Shown here in pieces: positions 38,141 to 52,000 of a stretch of 64,000 nt of DNA. Position 1 is the stretch's first letter. Every line of letters begins with the position of its first letter. The notes beneath the pieces were generated by a model. That model made no database searches, was not told the origin of the DNA, and saw only the letters and a list, made by a program, of their open reading frames with translations. Origin of the DNA: Euglena gracilis (taxonomy: Eukaryota); the NCBI GenBank assembly GCA_039621445.1, contig CP154954.1, positions 41,595,572-41,659,571 of the forward strand. Direction: 5' to 3'. The translations under genes were made by a program, and so were the position numbers.

Positions 38141-40955
38141 AATTTCTGTTGTTGGTTTTTTTTTTTGGCTTCTTATCAAGGCCTGGTGGGAATCTTTATT
38201 TTTATTTGTGGACCTCAGTCCAGCAATTTATACTCCTACCAGTTGAAAATTTCAAAATATCACAACCATGTTAATAACGTTGTTTATGACGTCCAGAGTT
38301 TTGTTCTGATTTCTGATTTGCTAATTCTGAAACCCAAAGAAATCCCATGTCGAAAACTTGGTTGAATGGGGAATGAGTTCAGGCAGAATTGCCATGCATA
38401 CTCATCTGCAGGCAGTCAAATTGTTCGAATTTTGCAAGGCATAAGCATTTGAATAAATCTTAAAAAAAAAGGTTCCAAGCATCATCTTGCCAGAGGCCTC
38501 CTCCTCCATCCATTCTGGGTCCCCTTCATTACCAGGCTGAACCGGTCTTTCTGATAATTCCAAGGATAGACCCTCCCCTCGACCCTGTTCAAAAATGACC
38601 AAAAATGGTTTTGGGGCTCTTGAGGGGTTTGTCAGCTGCTCATTTTGCAACGCCATGCAGGTCATTTTTTTGGGCAACTGTCCCAGCTCAGGTGCAGCCA
38701 GTCCAACCCCCAAGGTCTTCAAAGAGATCCAACGAATGTTTTTTTTTGAACCGAACTCACAAAGGCCTTTTTTGTGCAAGGCCAATTTTTCCCCAATTTT
38801 GCTGCAGTCGGAAAGTATGGCCTTTTTCCTGCATTTCCTGTGTCAAAGGGTGTTTGAACATCTGGAGGGTTCACGTGGGGGTTGTTCCTGGTTTGAAGTG
38901 GATGTGCTCCTGCACAAGTTGCCGTCACCAAAAGTGGCATTCAGCCTGTCCAGGACCCTTACTTTTTTGGTCACCGCGCATATCCTCAACCTCAAACACG
39001 GCTGAATGAGAACCCCCAACGTTGGTGGTGGGTGGATCCCACCCCTTGTACCAATTTTCAGGTGAAAATTTCCTTGCTGATCGAACCATCTCATACAGCC
39101 CTGACCTCAATGCCCAGTGTTTCCACAAATGCCTTATCCTCCTGAGTGCGGTCTCTACTCCCCTCAGTATCCACCATATATGGCCCCTGAGATGTACACG
39201 ATGCCCTTCTACCATTCGGTTCGTTAATTGCCAACTTGACCTTTGTCTAGACCTGTTGTTTGTTGACCTCTTCACCTGACTTGTAAATTGCGAACCTCGG
39301 AAGCCTTCATGCAACAGCATCAGTGGAAAAGGTCTCCTCACCCTCAACTGCTCAGGTTGGTTGGCCATCACCCAGTGGACCACAACCTCCTTGTCAATAA
39401 TTCCCACCTTGCTCCTACTCCCCAACCAAGAAGGAATTTTATTTATTTATTTGTGCCATTGTCCAAAAAGAAGTTGGTCACCTGGAGGAGGGTTTGGGTG
39501 AGTCCGGGGAGGGGTTGGTTTCCACTGTTTTTGGGGACCAAAGTTTTTTGTCCCCCTAAATTGAACCCCCCAATATCCTGCCCCATGATATCCCCACCTA
39601 ACCCCCCCCCCCAAATAATAAACCCCCCCAGTTTATTATTTGGACACCCGAAGTCGGGGTCCAGGGGGGGTTTATTATTTGGGCAAAAATTTCGAAGTCA
39701 AATTTCGACCAGAAAACCCCTCCACAGGCTCCAATGGTCACTTCTTTGGCATTTTTGGGCTTTTCTGAAAATTGGGTGCTTTTTTTGGCATATTTTCTGC
39801 ACCAATTTGATCCATTTTCGTGATTTTTAGTTGAGAAAATGGCCCCGCGAAAAGAATCCTGACCAGGTCAGCCGGGGGGGGGGGGCGTTCTTTTATTCTT
39901 TTGGAACTGGACAAACATGGCTCAAAAAAAAGCCGAAAATGGGGCAATTTTTGAACAAATTCAGAAAAATAATGGATTTCACCACCTTTCCCAATTTGCC
40001 ATTTTTTTGCATGATTGGGCCCCCCACCAAATCACAACTAATGGTCAAATTTGTCATTTTTTCATGATTGACCCCCCAATCTTCACCGACCTTCTTCGAC
40101 CTCCTCCCCCTGATTGCCTGACCGCCTTCCTGAAACCCCCTCCAATTTTTTTTTAAAAAGGGGGCCATTTGGGGGGGTTTCTGAAATCAAAGATGAAAGG
40201 AGCTTGGTTGTTTCCTTGGATGGGATTAATGAACAGTCGCTCTGCATTGTGCAGTGCAAATTCCGCTTGGGCACAGGAGCACAAAGAATAACTCGTTTTG
40301 TCGCATCCCGAAGCTGGCTTCGTGCCTAGTGCTCATCAGCACTCCAGTGGGCATGAACTTTGCAGCTCTGGTCAATGTGGGACAACTTGAATTTCATTCA
40401 ATTCAACTCCAACCCCGAGGAGGTTTTAGAGTTGATTTGGCTGCGGTGTTTTCTGCATCCAAGAATGTTAGCAAATTTGACCCCATTCGGCCTTTAGTTT
40501 TGTCCCTTGCTTTCTCACGTTGTCCCACTTCTCTGTTTTCACAACCCTCATGGCCAGCGTGTCCACATGGATTGCACTCTGTGAGCAGATTTTGGGTTTG
40601 TATTTTGAGCCTGTCTTGCGTTCAAATGTGCAATTGCAACCAGGGTACAGGCAAAGGATTTTTCTTGGGGAAGGGATCATATTCACTTGACACCTGTGTG
40701 ACCCCCTCCCCCCTCACCCTGGGACCCCTCCCCCAGGCCCTCCCCCAGGGGGGTGCACCATTGCTGAACCTTTCTTCATCCCAAAATCCAAACCACAAAA
40801 TTGGCCAAAAACCTTCGTCTGTCAACCTACTTTGGCCCATATTTTCACCTCTGAATGCAAAAAAATACAACATCCAATTGGGCAGCTGGAAAAGAATTAA
40901 CTCGTGGGGTGGGGTTGGAAGGAAGGTTGGCTGGATCCCGGAAGGCTGGCTGGAT

Positions 40956-41075
40956 CAGGGGTTTTTTTAAGACCGGGGGGGGGGAGGGGGGGGTCCCCCC
41001 ACCCACCCACCCCCCTGGGGGGGGCCACCCACCCTTCCCCCCCCCCCCGGGGGTCCAAACTTAAAAAAATCCCTG
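40956..41075. mobile_element. hAT-like MITE, 120 bp, same family as 35545-35846
   Basis: CAGGGGTTTTTTTAAG / CTTAAAAAAATCCCTG; flanks GGCTGGAT and GGCTGGAC. Confidence 0.85.
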
Positions 41076-41639
41076 GGCTGGACCCCTCCCTTCCTGACAC
41101 CCGGGGCGTGGGGGGTCACTTTTTCCCAGGCCCAAACCCACCCACCACATTTTTTTTGAAAACCCACCAACCACCCGCAACCCCAAAACCCAAAATCCAG
41201 CTAAAATCGGCCAAAAAACGCAGAAAAAATTTTCCGGTCCGGCCTTTGGCCGACCAAAAAATGATCCAGTGAAAATATTTTTTTCGTGCACAATTAATTC
41301 ATTGGGAAGTTGAAAAATGATGATTTACCCCCTCTGTCCTTGCTTTTTTTCCTTGCCCTTTTCTTCTGCCAATTGCTTTTATTGTTATTATTATCATTAT
41401 TCCAGTTTGCAACACTTTTATTTAAATAAAAAGCACCAGACCCAGGAGCGCACCAAACTCCAGGGGAAAAGGGAGAGAAAGTGACAGATTCCTCCCTGCT
41501 GTGCAGAGTGTCGGCGAAAGTCTTTTCGGCAAGGACGGACTTTTTTTTTTGCTGCGCACAGTGCGAAACCACCGAGGGCCAGCCAACTTGAAAGAAAGAC
41601 AAAAAAAAGCGGTCTAAAACACAAGCGGCCCGCGCCGCC

Positions 41640-41940
41640 CAAGCCCACCCCGCGTCAATTTCCGCCTCGTCTCTTCTTCTTGAGGTGGCGTTCCCCCTCT
41701 TTTCGGCAAAGTCGTGGTTTCTCGCCTCGGCTGGCCAAGCCACAGAGCAGCAGGAAGTATGCAACAGGCAAATGCGCTGCGCCTCTTCTTCTGCTGCTCC
41801 CGCAAGATCCCCGGAGAGGCTGCCGCTTTTTTCTGTCTTGTCCCTTTTCATAGGCAACATCGGCCGACCCTGGCGGAAACGCTGCCACCCTCCGCCGCAC
41901 TTCAGGATGGTGCCGCCTTTCTTCCGCTTCCGCCTCAAAG
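41640..41940 (-). CDS. Possible coding exon (OMA1 3' end or a separate gene)
   Basis: Unique GC-richer stretch with two open minus-strand frames; splice partners and frame not determined. Confidence 0.25.
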
Positions 41941-43250
41941 ATTCTTTGTCTCGTCGGGTGCATTTGGCTGCTTTTTTGTCCCTCGAATATGGGGTCCCGA
42001 AATAAAACGCGTAAAACCGCCCGAGAGCAACATTTTATATATAAAAACTGAGTAAAAATCTAAAAAAAAAACGTCAAATAAAACGCCCAATGTGCCAAAA
42101 GATTGAAGCCTCCCCATCGTCACCAATTTCCCAGTAGGGCCCCAGTTTCTGCAATACCTCTTGCTTTTGATGTGCTTCTGTCCATTCTGTGCAGTTCTTT
42201 TCCCATGTTTTGAGTTGATGGAGTTCACTGTTCCGATCGTGCAGTTGCTGAATTTTTTCTTAAAAAATTGCATTTTTGGTGCTTTTTTTGGGTTGAGGAA
42301 TTTCGCCCAAACAACCCTCCCAAATAATCAAATAATGAATCCCTTGAATCCCGACGTCGAATGTCCAAACAACATACCAGCACAGTAGTTTGGGGGGTAA
42401 GTCAACTACAGTCGACGTGGTATTTTAATTTAATAAAGAAGCCAACTTAAATTGAATGGGATGTTACAATTTCAAACTTACATGTTTTGCAAAGCTCAAG
42501 GTGAATCATAACAGCGGACCCCGCCTTGTATTTCGTCCCTTGCTTTGTGGTGTGACACCCCGCCATTTATTTCGTCCATGGGTTGTTTTTTTTTCGGGGG
42601 GTGCATGAAATGACATGGGTGATGATATGATGTGGGTGTGGTGGTTGATTGCTTGAAAAAACTCCTCTGCCCAAAAAAAAGGGAAAAAATAGAACTAATT
42701 TTTAAGTGGTTGTCAGGTGGAAGCATAATTATGGTATTTTATCATGATATGTTTGTCACCTGTTTCTTTTGGCTTTGCGAATTGCGACACAATACAAATG
42801 ATTTTTTATCGGAAAGTATCCATCGTACAAGCTTTGGGTTAAATGCAAAGCCCGGAGCAACTGTTGAGCACTTTGGTGGCCCTTTTTGAGTCCAGCCAAA
42901 CCAGAAAATTTGGCATGCTGGAAAAATGCTGCTGCCACCCCTCCCCCCTTTTAGGGGTATCAAACTGATGGTCCAACCAGGTGGCAAAGAATCGAAACCT
43001 CAAATATGAAAAAAAAACTGCCAATTGTGCAACAAGTCAATGTTTTGACCCGAAATTTGCACTGGCCAATCCTTTTCCGAGCCATTTTTGCCCATTTTTT
43101 TGGCCCATTTTTGTACCCCCGAAAACCAAAAATCCGCCCTTTGGGGGGCTGGAAAATGAACGAAACTCATTGAGTGGGGTCCGATGCCACCAACTGGAAA
43201 AGAGCTGCTGGTTGGCCCCCTTCAAATGCTCTTGAGCTACGCCCTGACAC

Positions 43251-43632
43251 TTGCGCGCGCACGTGCGCACGCGTGCACATGCACACCCACACCCACACAA
43301 CACACACACACACACACGCCCACACCCACATACGCACACCCACATACACACACACATACAACACACACACACAACACACTGACACACACACAACACACAC
43401 ACACACTCACACACACACACACATGCAGGCACGCACACGCACGCGCGCACACACACGCACGCACACACACACACCACAGACACACACACAGACAACACAC
43501 CACACAAACACACCCACACTCCACACACATACACCACACACACACACACACACACACCCAACACTCCCTCCACACACACATGTGCACGCGCACAGGGACA
43601 AGCGCGCGGACGGAGACAGCACGCACGCACAC
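43251..43632. repeat. Degenerate (CA)n microsatellite; similar tracts at 52395-52470, 55530-55578, 58310-58450, 60592-60690, 60901-61005, 63525-63700
   Basis: Seen directly; mostly intronic; source of spurious His/Thr- and Cys/Val-rich ORFs. Confidence 0.95.
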
Positions 43633-43678
43633 GATGCAAAGAGGGGTGGACGCTGGTTGTTCCGGGGGTGGGGGTGAC

Positions 43679-45996
43679 GGGGGGCCAGGCGGGCCAGGCA
43701 GGCAGGCGGCGGGCCAGCCACGCTGGCAGGAAGCCCCACAGCCAGGTGGGGCGGTGCCGGGCGAGAGCGGCCGCCTCCTCGGCCCATGCGGACTGCAGGG
43801 CGCTGCGCTCCGTCAGGGCGAGCTGCAGGAGGGCCTGGCGGGCGACGGCGACACCAGGGCTGAGAGGAGCATTGTGGGGGGCGGGGTGCTTCACTTCCAC
43901 GTTGAGGCGGGGCCCATTCAGACCGCGACCCCGCTGACTCCCGGCCTGGTGCGGCGGAACGGGAGTGCCCGTTCTGCCGCTTTTCTTTTCCTTTCTTGTT
44001 TCCTTTTCTGGCTTTGGCTCCGGACCCCCCCCCCCCCCACGGGGGGTCAACCAGGACTAGCTGAAAATGCCCCTCCCCCCCCTGCTGGAACTTGTCTGGA
44101 ATCTTTGCAAAAAAACACTTTGATTTTGGGACAAGTGCCAGAGCGGCCGACGGGCGACTGGTTTTTGAAAAATGTCCCACCCATAAAAAGGTCGAAACAT
44201 TCGCAAACCTGGAGCACCATTTGCAGACATCAACACCACAAACCCACACGTGGGCACCATCACAGGCTCTGGGTGTGTTCTTGGACGATGCGCAGCTCCG
44301 GTAAATACTGCTCGATGCGATTTCTGTGGCAACGCCTTGGCTCCATCATAATCCCCCCCCTGACCAAGGTTGCCACCAACATGCAAGATTGTACGCTCCC
44401 CCTAACAACCATCCAAAAATGTCTCCCTCCAATGCCCCTCTTTGACCAATTGATGACCAAAGAAGCAGATTGTAAATTGGAATAACTCTCCCCAAGGTGT
44501 CTTGTAACAAAAAAAACAGGAAAGCGCGCCTCTGTTTAACCAATTTTCAAACACATTTTTGCCAAGTTCAAGGTGAATGACGGACAAGACACAGATAAGG
44601 GAAACAAGAAGAGGAAGAAGAAGACTAATGACGGCATATTCCATCATTGCAGTTGGATATATGATGACCCCATATAAACGACACCGCATTTCTTGCCGGT
44701 GATCCCCCATCGGTATCCGGCGGGTCTTTGACCAGAACCATCTGGAGTCGTGGGCCCCCCCTAAAACGGCCCAAAATTGTCCAGATTCACGAAATTTATT
44801 GGGGTGTTTGGGCGAAATGCTCGAACTCAAAAAAAGCACCCAAAATGCAATTTAAATAAAAAACACAACTTCTGTAGTTTTGGCACTTTTGACGTTTTAT
44901 TTGACGTTGAATTTGCCTCAATTTTGTTGTAGCGATGTGTCCCTTTCTGAGAGGGAAATTGATGATTTTCCACCCTGCTTGATTCCTTCACAGGCATGTG
45001 GCAGGGGGATGTGTATAGATATATATATATATATATACACACACACATACATACATACATACATACATACATACATACATACATACATACATACATACAT
45101 ACATACATACATACATACATACATACATACATACATACATGCATACAAACATACATACACAGAAATGGCAGCAGGATGCGTAATGGCCTCCCTCGGGGGG
45201 GGGGGGCATTACGCATTTCTGGGGGGGGGCATGGCAGCTCCCAGGTTCGACTTTTCGGATTTTCAGTCCCGCGGTGCTGACAGGTAATCCCCGGAGATAA
45301 GGCCGAGATTTAGTCCCAAATTAAAACCCCCAAATAAGAACCCCCCCCCCCCAAAAATGTGACCCCTCCTGGGCCGATCGAGCGAAAATACAAAAACAAG
45401 ACCCCCCCAAAAAACAATATCAAAAACTCCAATGTGATACACAAAAAGATGATAAAATTTCAAAAATTTTCAAATTTTGAAGCTCAAAAAAAACATGCCA
45501 AATGTCAACTTACACCAATTTACACATGGCGCGAAGCGTAGAAGGAAAAAAATGTTTCAATGTTTTTGGGAACCTGTAAAATTATGGGGTTTTCGGGCCC
45601 GGGTCAGTCAAGAAAAAAATCAAAATACGACCACGCAACGGACCTGAAAATGAGACCCGGTTTTAATTTGGGGGGGGGTGAGGCCTAAATTCAGGCTTTC
45701 GTTTGACCTAAATCACACCTAACTGCCAAAAAAAGAACCGCAACCCTGACCCTAGCCAGAATCTTGTCCCATCTCAGAAAAAAAAATCCAAGGCTTCACA
45801 ATAGCCGAAGGGAAAAGCATGGGGGTCCTAGAAAACCACCTCCCAAATTATTTACCCCCCTCCGGAATATCCTGGTATTTTGGATGCCGTTATAAATTTA
45901 TGCACACACATAAAACACACACACACACATACATACATACATACATACATACATACATACATACATACACATATATATATACATACATACATACAT

Positions 45997-46028
<32 letters not shown>

Positions 46029-49000
46029 TACATGGCAGCTGGTGTTCAATGGCCCCCCGGGGGCATTAAACATCTCCATGGGGGGGAGTATGGCGGCCTG
46101 CGGGTCCGACTTCGGGGGCAGTCGGGGTTATTGGTTGGGATAGGGTCAGGGTTCCGACCGCGCTCCTGGCTGATCCTATTTTACGGACTTAGGGATAGTT
46201 AGGTCCCGATTCGGACCGAGTTGGGCAGAATTTCGGTTGGATTTTGGTAAAATTCTGAAGAACTACGACCCCAAAATCTTTCAAATGGGGATTAACGTCC
46301 TACCTAACTTGGTTCCTAAATTTGGCCAATTTCTGTTTCGCCAATCCTAACATTATTCCGAAAAGTAAACAAAATCCTCCCCAAATACAACGAAATTCGC
46401 CCAGATTCGCCTTGGTTCCCCCCCGATTCTCATTTTTCGTGATTTTCGGTGCACGGAAAAACAATTTGGTTTGGCCCCCTTGCATATTTTGCAACGTTTT
46501 TACTGCAAAGGGCTTCATCATCTGGTCCCCCATGGCATCTGAGTTTCGGCACAACGGATCGTCGTACCAAAAAAGCAACACTGGGGGAGCCCAGGTGCGG
46601 GCGCGATGGGTCCAGTTGGGGTGGGTCTGGAGGTACTCCGCCCAGCGCGAAGCAGTCGCCTCCCCGTCCACCTCTGCTCGTCGCTCGCACAGTGCCAGCA
46701 TGGCCTCAGGGTCGTACCCAAAGGCAGGACCAACAGCTTCAGCTTGTGGGGGGGGGGTCCAGACAAGAGCGTCGTGGGATGGGGTCCAGCAAAGGCTGGA
46801 AACAGCCAGGGAAGAGCTGGCTGACTCCCCGCCACACTCAATGCCCCCCCAATCAAATCGGACGCAGAAAAATCGAAACTGCAAAATCCTGAAAACCCAG
46901 CAAGCCCATGCAAAAAACCTCACTGTGAGTCCCCCCCCCAAAACCTGGGTAGCCCAAATTCCAACCCAATTTTGGCCAATTTGGAGCCTAAGGTTAAAAA
47001 AAAAGGATGAAAAATTGATGTTTGGGCGGAAACTGCTGGCTGGCTGGTTGGATCCTCATCCGCATCCATCCTCATTGGGGGTGAGGTGAAAAATGTTCAG
47101 CTCAACTGACTTGCAGTTCAGTCCGGGGGGGGGGGGCAATTAACCTTACTGTTCGGTCATGGTCAGCCCGTGCAGCAAACAATGCCCCGATGTAATCTGC
47201 CTCATACTCCCTCGCAGCTCCCGTGCATGAAGGAGGGGGGTCTCTGGCGAGAGTGCAGAGGATGCAAACAACCATTGCATTCCCACCACCAACACAAGCA
47301 CAAAACGCAAAGAAGCAGCCTAAACGCACACACGCACAGACACACAAAACACAAACAGAAATTCGACTTCATGCATTTTGGGGAGCCTGGGAGTAACAAA
47401 AAAATATAAAATAAAAAAATAAAAACATGATTCTCATGATTTTTTTGAAGGGTACTCACCAATGACGAAAAACTGATGTAAAATATGGTCTCTGGAAATC
47501 GGGTCGAAAATGCAGATCGAAATATTCTTTGTATCAAAATATTCTCCAGGAAAAACCCAGGAAAAAATCACAACACGGGAAAAAACATGGTTTGTTGCGA
47601 TGGGGCGGCCAGGGCCTGGTAGTGGTGCCGCTCGAATGGCAATTCTGTCATGAAGTTCCGCAGCAGCCGAGGCATCGCCACCTCCGTGAAGAACAACATC
47701 TGGGGGGGGGGGGCAATGGAGGGGCTCACGATGCGAATGATTTTTGCTGGAAGAAATTTTGAAAAGCATCATCACAGATTTGCCACACCTTGATGATGGG
47801 TTCGACGCATTTTGTACAACATTTTGGTCTGCCTTGAAATTTTCAAACCAGCGAGTGAGCCCATCCATCAGGAATTTCTTCATTTCGAATTTCTGCGGCA
47901 GAGTTTGGAAAAAATGGTTGGCAAAAATGGAAGGCTGTTTAACGTTCTTGCAACAATTCAAAACATGCTGCCGATTTGGCTTCACCTATTTCTCTGGAGC
48001 ATATCTCCACACTCCCAGTGCTTTTCATAACATGCATTAACACATTTCAAATTTAATGTGAGTTTCAACAATTTTTTGTTCAATCCAATGAATTTTTTGT
48101 TTCACGGCTGCCCCCCCTATCGGCAGGACAGATTTAGCAAAAAAAAAAAACCATGCAAATGTGAGATTCCCATTGAACGACTTGAACCACTTGACGTTTA
48201 GAAGGAGACTAGGTGCAGCTGTCCACCACCACTGCTCTGAACCTGCACCCCTGCTCCAACTCTAAATACCCCCTACCTTTTGAAACACCACAGGATAAAT
48301 AAGGTTTGGTTTGGTTGGTCAGCCCGAAGGGGGACTATATCTCAAGGAGATGCTACAAAACTCGACCTCCAACATGACCCAAAATACCACCCCAAGGTGT
48401 TATTTGGAAGCGAAATTGCACTTCTTGAGTACGCTTGGGGCACATTCAATATGCAAAAAAATACGAAAATCAGGATTACTTTTCTTCTATTCTTCGCTGG
48501 GGGGGAACAGTTATCCTTTGGTTTGGTTGGCACTCAGGGGGGTCTGGAGGTTCAGGGGGAACCTTTGTGGTCATGAACACCTGTTTCCCCCCAATCGGTT
48601 CAGACCTGATAGCTCGATGTGATGTCGGGGACGACGAGGGCCATCGTCCAGAAGAAGAGGTTGACGGCGGCCTGCGTCACGTTGGCGAGCGTCCACCGCT
48701 CGTACGTGTGCCGCGCCACGACGTGCGCCATCTCGTGGCCCACCACGCACGCCAGCTCGGACTGGCTCTCCACGGCGTGGCACAGGCCCGTCGTGACGAA
48801 CAGCGCCCCGTTCTGCAACGCCAGGGAAGAGGAGGAGTGGGAGGACGAGGAAGAGCGGGAAGAGGACCAGTGTGCGGTTGGGGACGGAGGCAGGGAAATC
48901 CACCGCTGCTTGGGACGGAGGGAATGTGCATAACCGCTCCCCGTCTTCCCACAGAATACCCTGCCCCCAGGGTTGCATGGGAAGCTCTGCAGACATGAGG

Positions 49001-52000
49001 TAGTTGGTAGGGGGGGGGGTCGCTGAGCTCTTATCTCTTTAGAGAAAGAGCGAAGCTTACCCCTGGGGAAAGGGGGGTCGGACCCCCCTTGCCCTCCCCC
49101 CCCCCCGGGTCAGGGCCACCTTGGGAACCGGCGGATTATCACCATGATCCTGGCTCCGTTCCCGATTTTTTTTTCTTCAGTCGCGAGCGACTGGATTTCT
49201 AGTTTCCAAATCACCTCCGTTTGAGCCCCAACTCCCCGCCAGGCCCGAGATATTCAACCGCGAAGCGGTCCAAATTGGGTAGGATTGGCCCCCCCTCTTC
49301 CGACTCTGCCATTTCGCTGGTGCCCAAAAATCGGTCAAAAAAATCGATTTCTCGAAAATATCTCGAGAAAACGTACATTATTTCCGGAAATGTCGGTCTG
49401 ACGAAATGTACCCATGGAGGCCCTCTGTCGCCCCCCGTTCGCCGTTTTGCCGTTTCGCCGACACGCCTGGCCCGTGTTCCAGCGCGCTTTTGCGGCCCAA
49501 ACCGGCCATTTTGGGTGTTTTTTTTGACCTTTTTTTGGTCTAAAAATCGATTTTTCCAAAATATCAAAATCAAAGGAAAAGTCCGGATGAAGCCCTTGGA
49601 ATGCCATACCCAACCATGGTTTACTTCCCCCCCCCCCCAAACTCTTCGTGTAGCCCGAGGCAAACCCCCCCCTTAATAAGTGCGCAGTGCCGCAAATTGT
49701 GCGCAGTGCCCTAATAAATGCGCACCTCCCAAGGGTCCGAAACTACCTCCCTAAAAAAGTGCACATCCCCCCAAATGGAGAAATCACTGTCACATCTCAG
49801 GTCGGAAAGCACATACAATTGTCAGAACCGTCCTCCTCAGACCAAATATTTCTATCATCCAAGCCTAAATTTGACACGTAATCACTTGACTCATAGCTTG
49901 AAATCACAAAATAGGGGGAAATTGAAAAAGAGTGGGGGAAATATAAGTATTTTCGGCTTTATCCTAAAAAGTGCCCACTGCCCTAATAAGTGCGCACCCC
50001 TTGGGGTCCGAAACAACGTCATCAAAATGCGCGCCCCCGTGCACTTATTACGGGGGGTTACGACCATTTTCCGGCCAATTTGGCCCATTTCAGGGACCAT
50101 TTTGGCCGTTTTTGGGGTCAAACAATCGATGTTTCCAAAATATCTCGGAAATGAAGCAAAATCAAAGGAAATGTCCGGAGACCTAATTTGAAGCCCTTAA
50201 AAGCCCTATCTAACGAAACTTTGATTTCCCCGCAACTCCCCGCCTCGCCCGAAATATGGTCGATTTACGGCCCAAAACAGCCGGCAGGCTTGTGACTTAG
50301 TCGTTTTCGGCCTCTTTTCGGGGGTCAAAAAATCAATTTTCTAAAATTGCTCAAAAAAGGTGGGGAATCAAAGGAAATGTCTGGAGACCTATTTTGAAGC
50401 CCTTAAAATCCTCTATCTAACGGTGCTTTGATTTCCCCGCAACCACCTGCCCAGCCCGAGTTACGGCCATTCTTTGGCCAATTCTGGTTATTTTGTACAG
50501 TTTTGGCCTGTTTTGACTTTGCCATTTTCGGCCATTTTCGGGTGAAAAAGTCGAAAAAATCGAATTTTTTTTTGCCGGAAACGATGTTTTTTTGGCCTCC
50601 CGGACCCGAAAAACCTATTTCTCGATTTTTTTCGACTTTTTTGACCCGGGTTTGACCCAAAGTCAATGGCCCAAAACGGGGCGCTGGCGGATCGAAAAAC
50701 GCCCATTTTCGGCTCAAAAACGGTTTTTCCGGGTCCAGGAGGCCAAAAGACATCGTTTCGGGCATTTTTTTTTCGATTTTTTTTTCGACTTTTTGGGCCG
50801 AAAACGGCTAAGTCGAACAGTGGAAAAAGTGTACAAAATAGCCTAAATTGACCGAAAAACGGCCGTATCTCGGGCTGGGCGGTGAGCTGCGGGGAAACCA
50901 AAATCCCAGTACATAGACCGTTCCAAGGGCTTCAATTTAGGTCTCCCTCCGGACATTTCTTTTGATTTTGCATCATTTTCGAGAAATTTTGAAAACATCG
51001 ATTTTTTGACCCCCCACCCCCCCGAAAACGGCCAAGTCGGACAGTGGGAAAAGTGTACAAAACGACCATCTGGGCCGAAAACGGCCGTATCTCGGGCTAG
51101 GCGGGGAGTTGCGGGGAAATCAAAATACCGGTAGATGGGGCGCTCCAAAGGCTTCAAATTAGGTCTCCGGACATTTCCTTTGATTTGGCTTCATTTTGGA
51201 AATATTTTGAAAAACTGGTTTTTTTGGCCAGGGGTCGCCAGGGGTCAGCTTCGCTCTTACCCAAAAAGGGATAAGAGGTCAGCGACCCCCCCCCCAATAC
51301 ACCCCATACTCATTTTGTTGGATTTTTTCAACATTTTGACCCAGTGTTGACCCAAATTCCATGGGTTTCGAGCCAAAACCGAGGCGCTGGTGGGTCGAAA
51401 AATGCTCATTATCGGGTCAAAATCAGGTTTTCCGGGTCCGGTGTGTAATTAGTAGTAAATTAAAAATTACGCGAAATTTGCAATGCTAGTCTTTCGGCCT
51501 TCCATTACATGCAAGTCCCGTTATGAGCTCAGCACTATTCAAAACCTGGTCACCCCCTCCAGGGGGGTAAGGTGGGGGGGGTCACCCCCCCTAGTTTCGG
51601 AAGGGGGTCCCCCCCACTCCCTCCCCCTCCTCTGCAGGGGCAAAAAAAAATTTCCGGCGCTTCACGCCGGGTGTGTATTTTAGGACCCTCTTGAGATTCA
51701 GCATGAAATTTTGGCAAAATGGCCAAAAATGGCCGTAACTCGGGCAGGCGGGGAGTTGTGTGGAAATCAAAATACTGTTGGATAAGGCATTTTAAGGGCT
51801 TCAATTTGGTTCTCCTGACATTTCCTTTGATTCCTGACCATTTTTGACCCAAAAAACAGCCGAAATTTTCGGCGACTGAAAACTGGAGGTAGGAGGGGGG
51901 GTCCCCCCACACCCCCCTGGTTTTGGAGGGGGGTCCTCCCCCAGAGATTCCCATACAACCCTGCCCGTCCCCACAAAACAATGCCATAATCCAAACGGTG

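Noticed and set aside
43037-44485. 337-aa and 433-aa ORFs
   Set aside because: Open largely because of the (CA)n tract; only the minus-strand segment ~43679-43849 looks coding.
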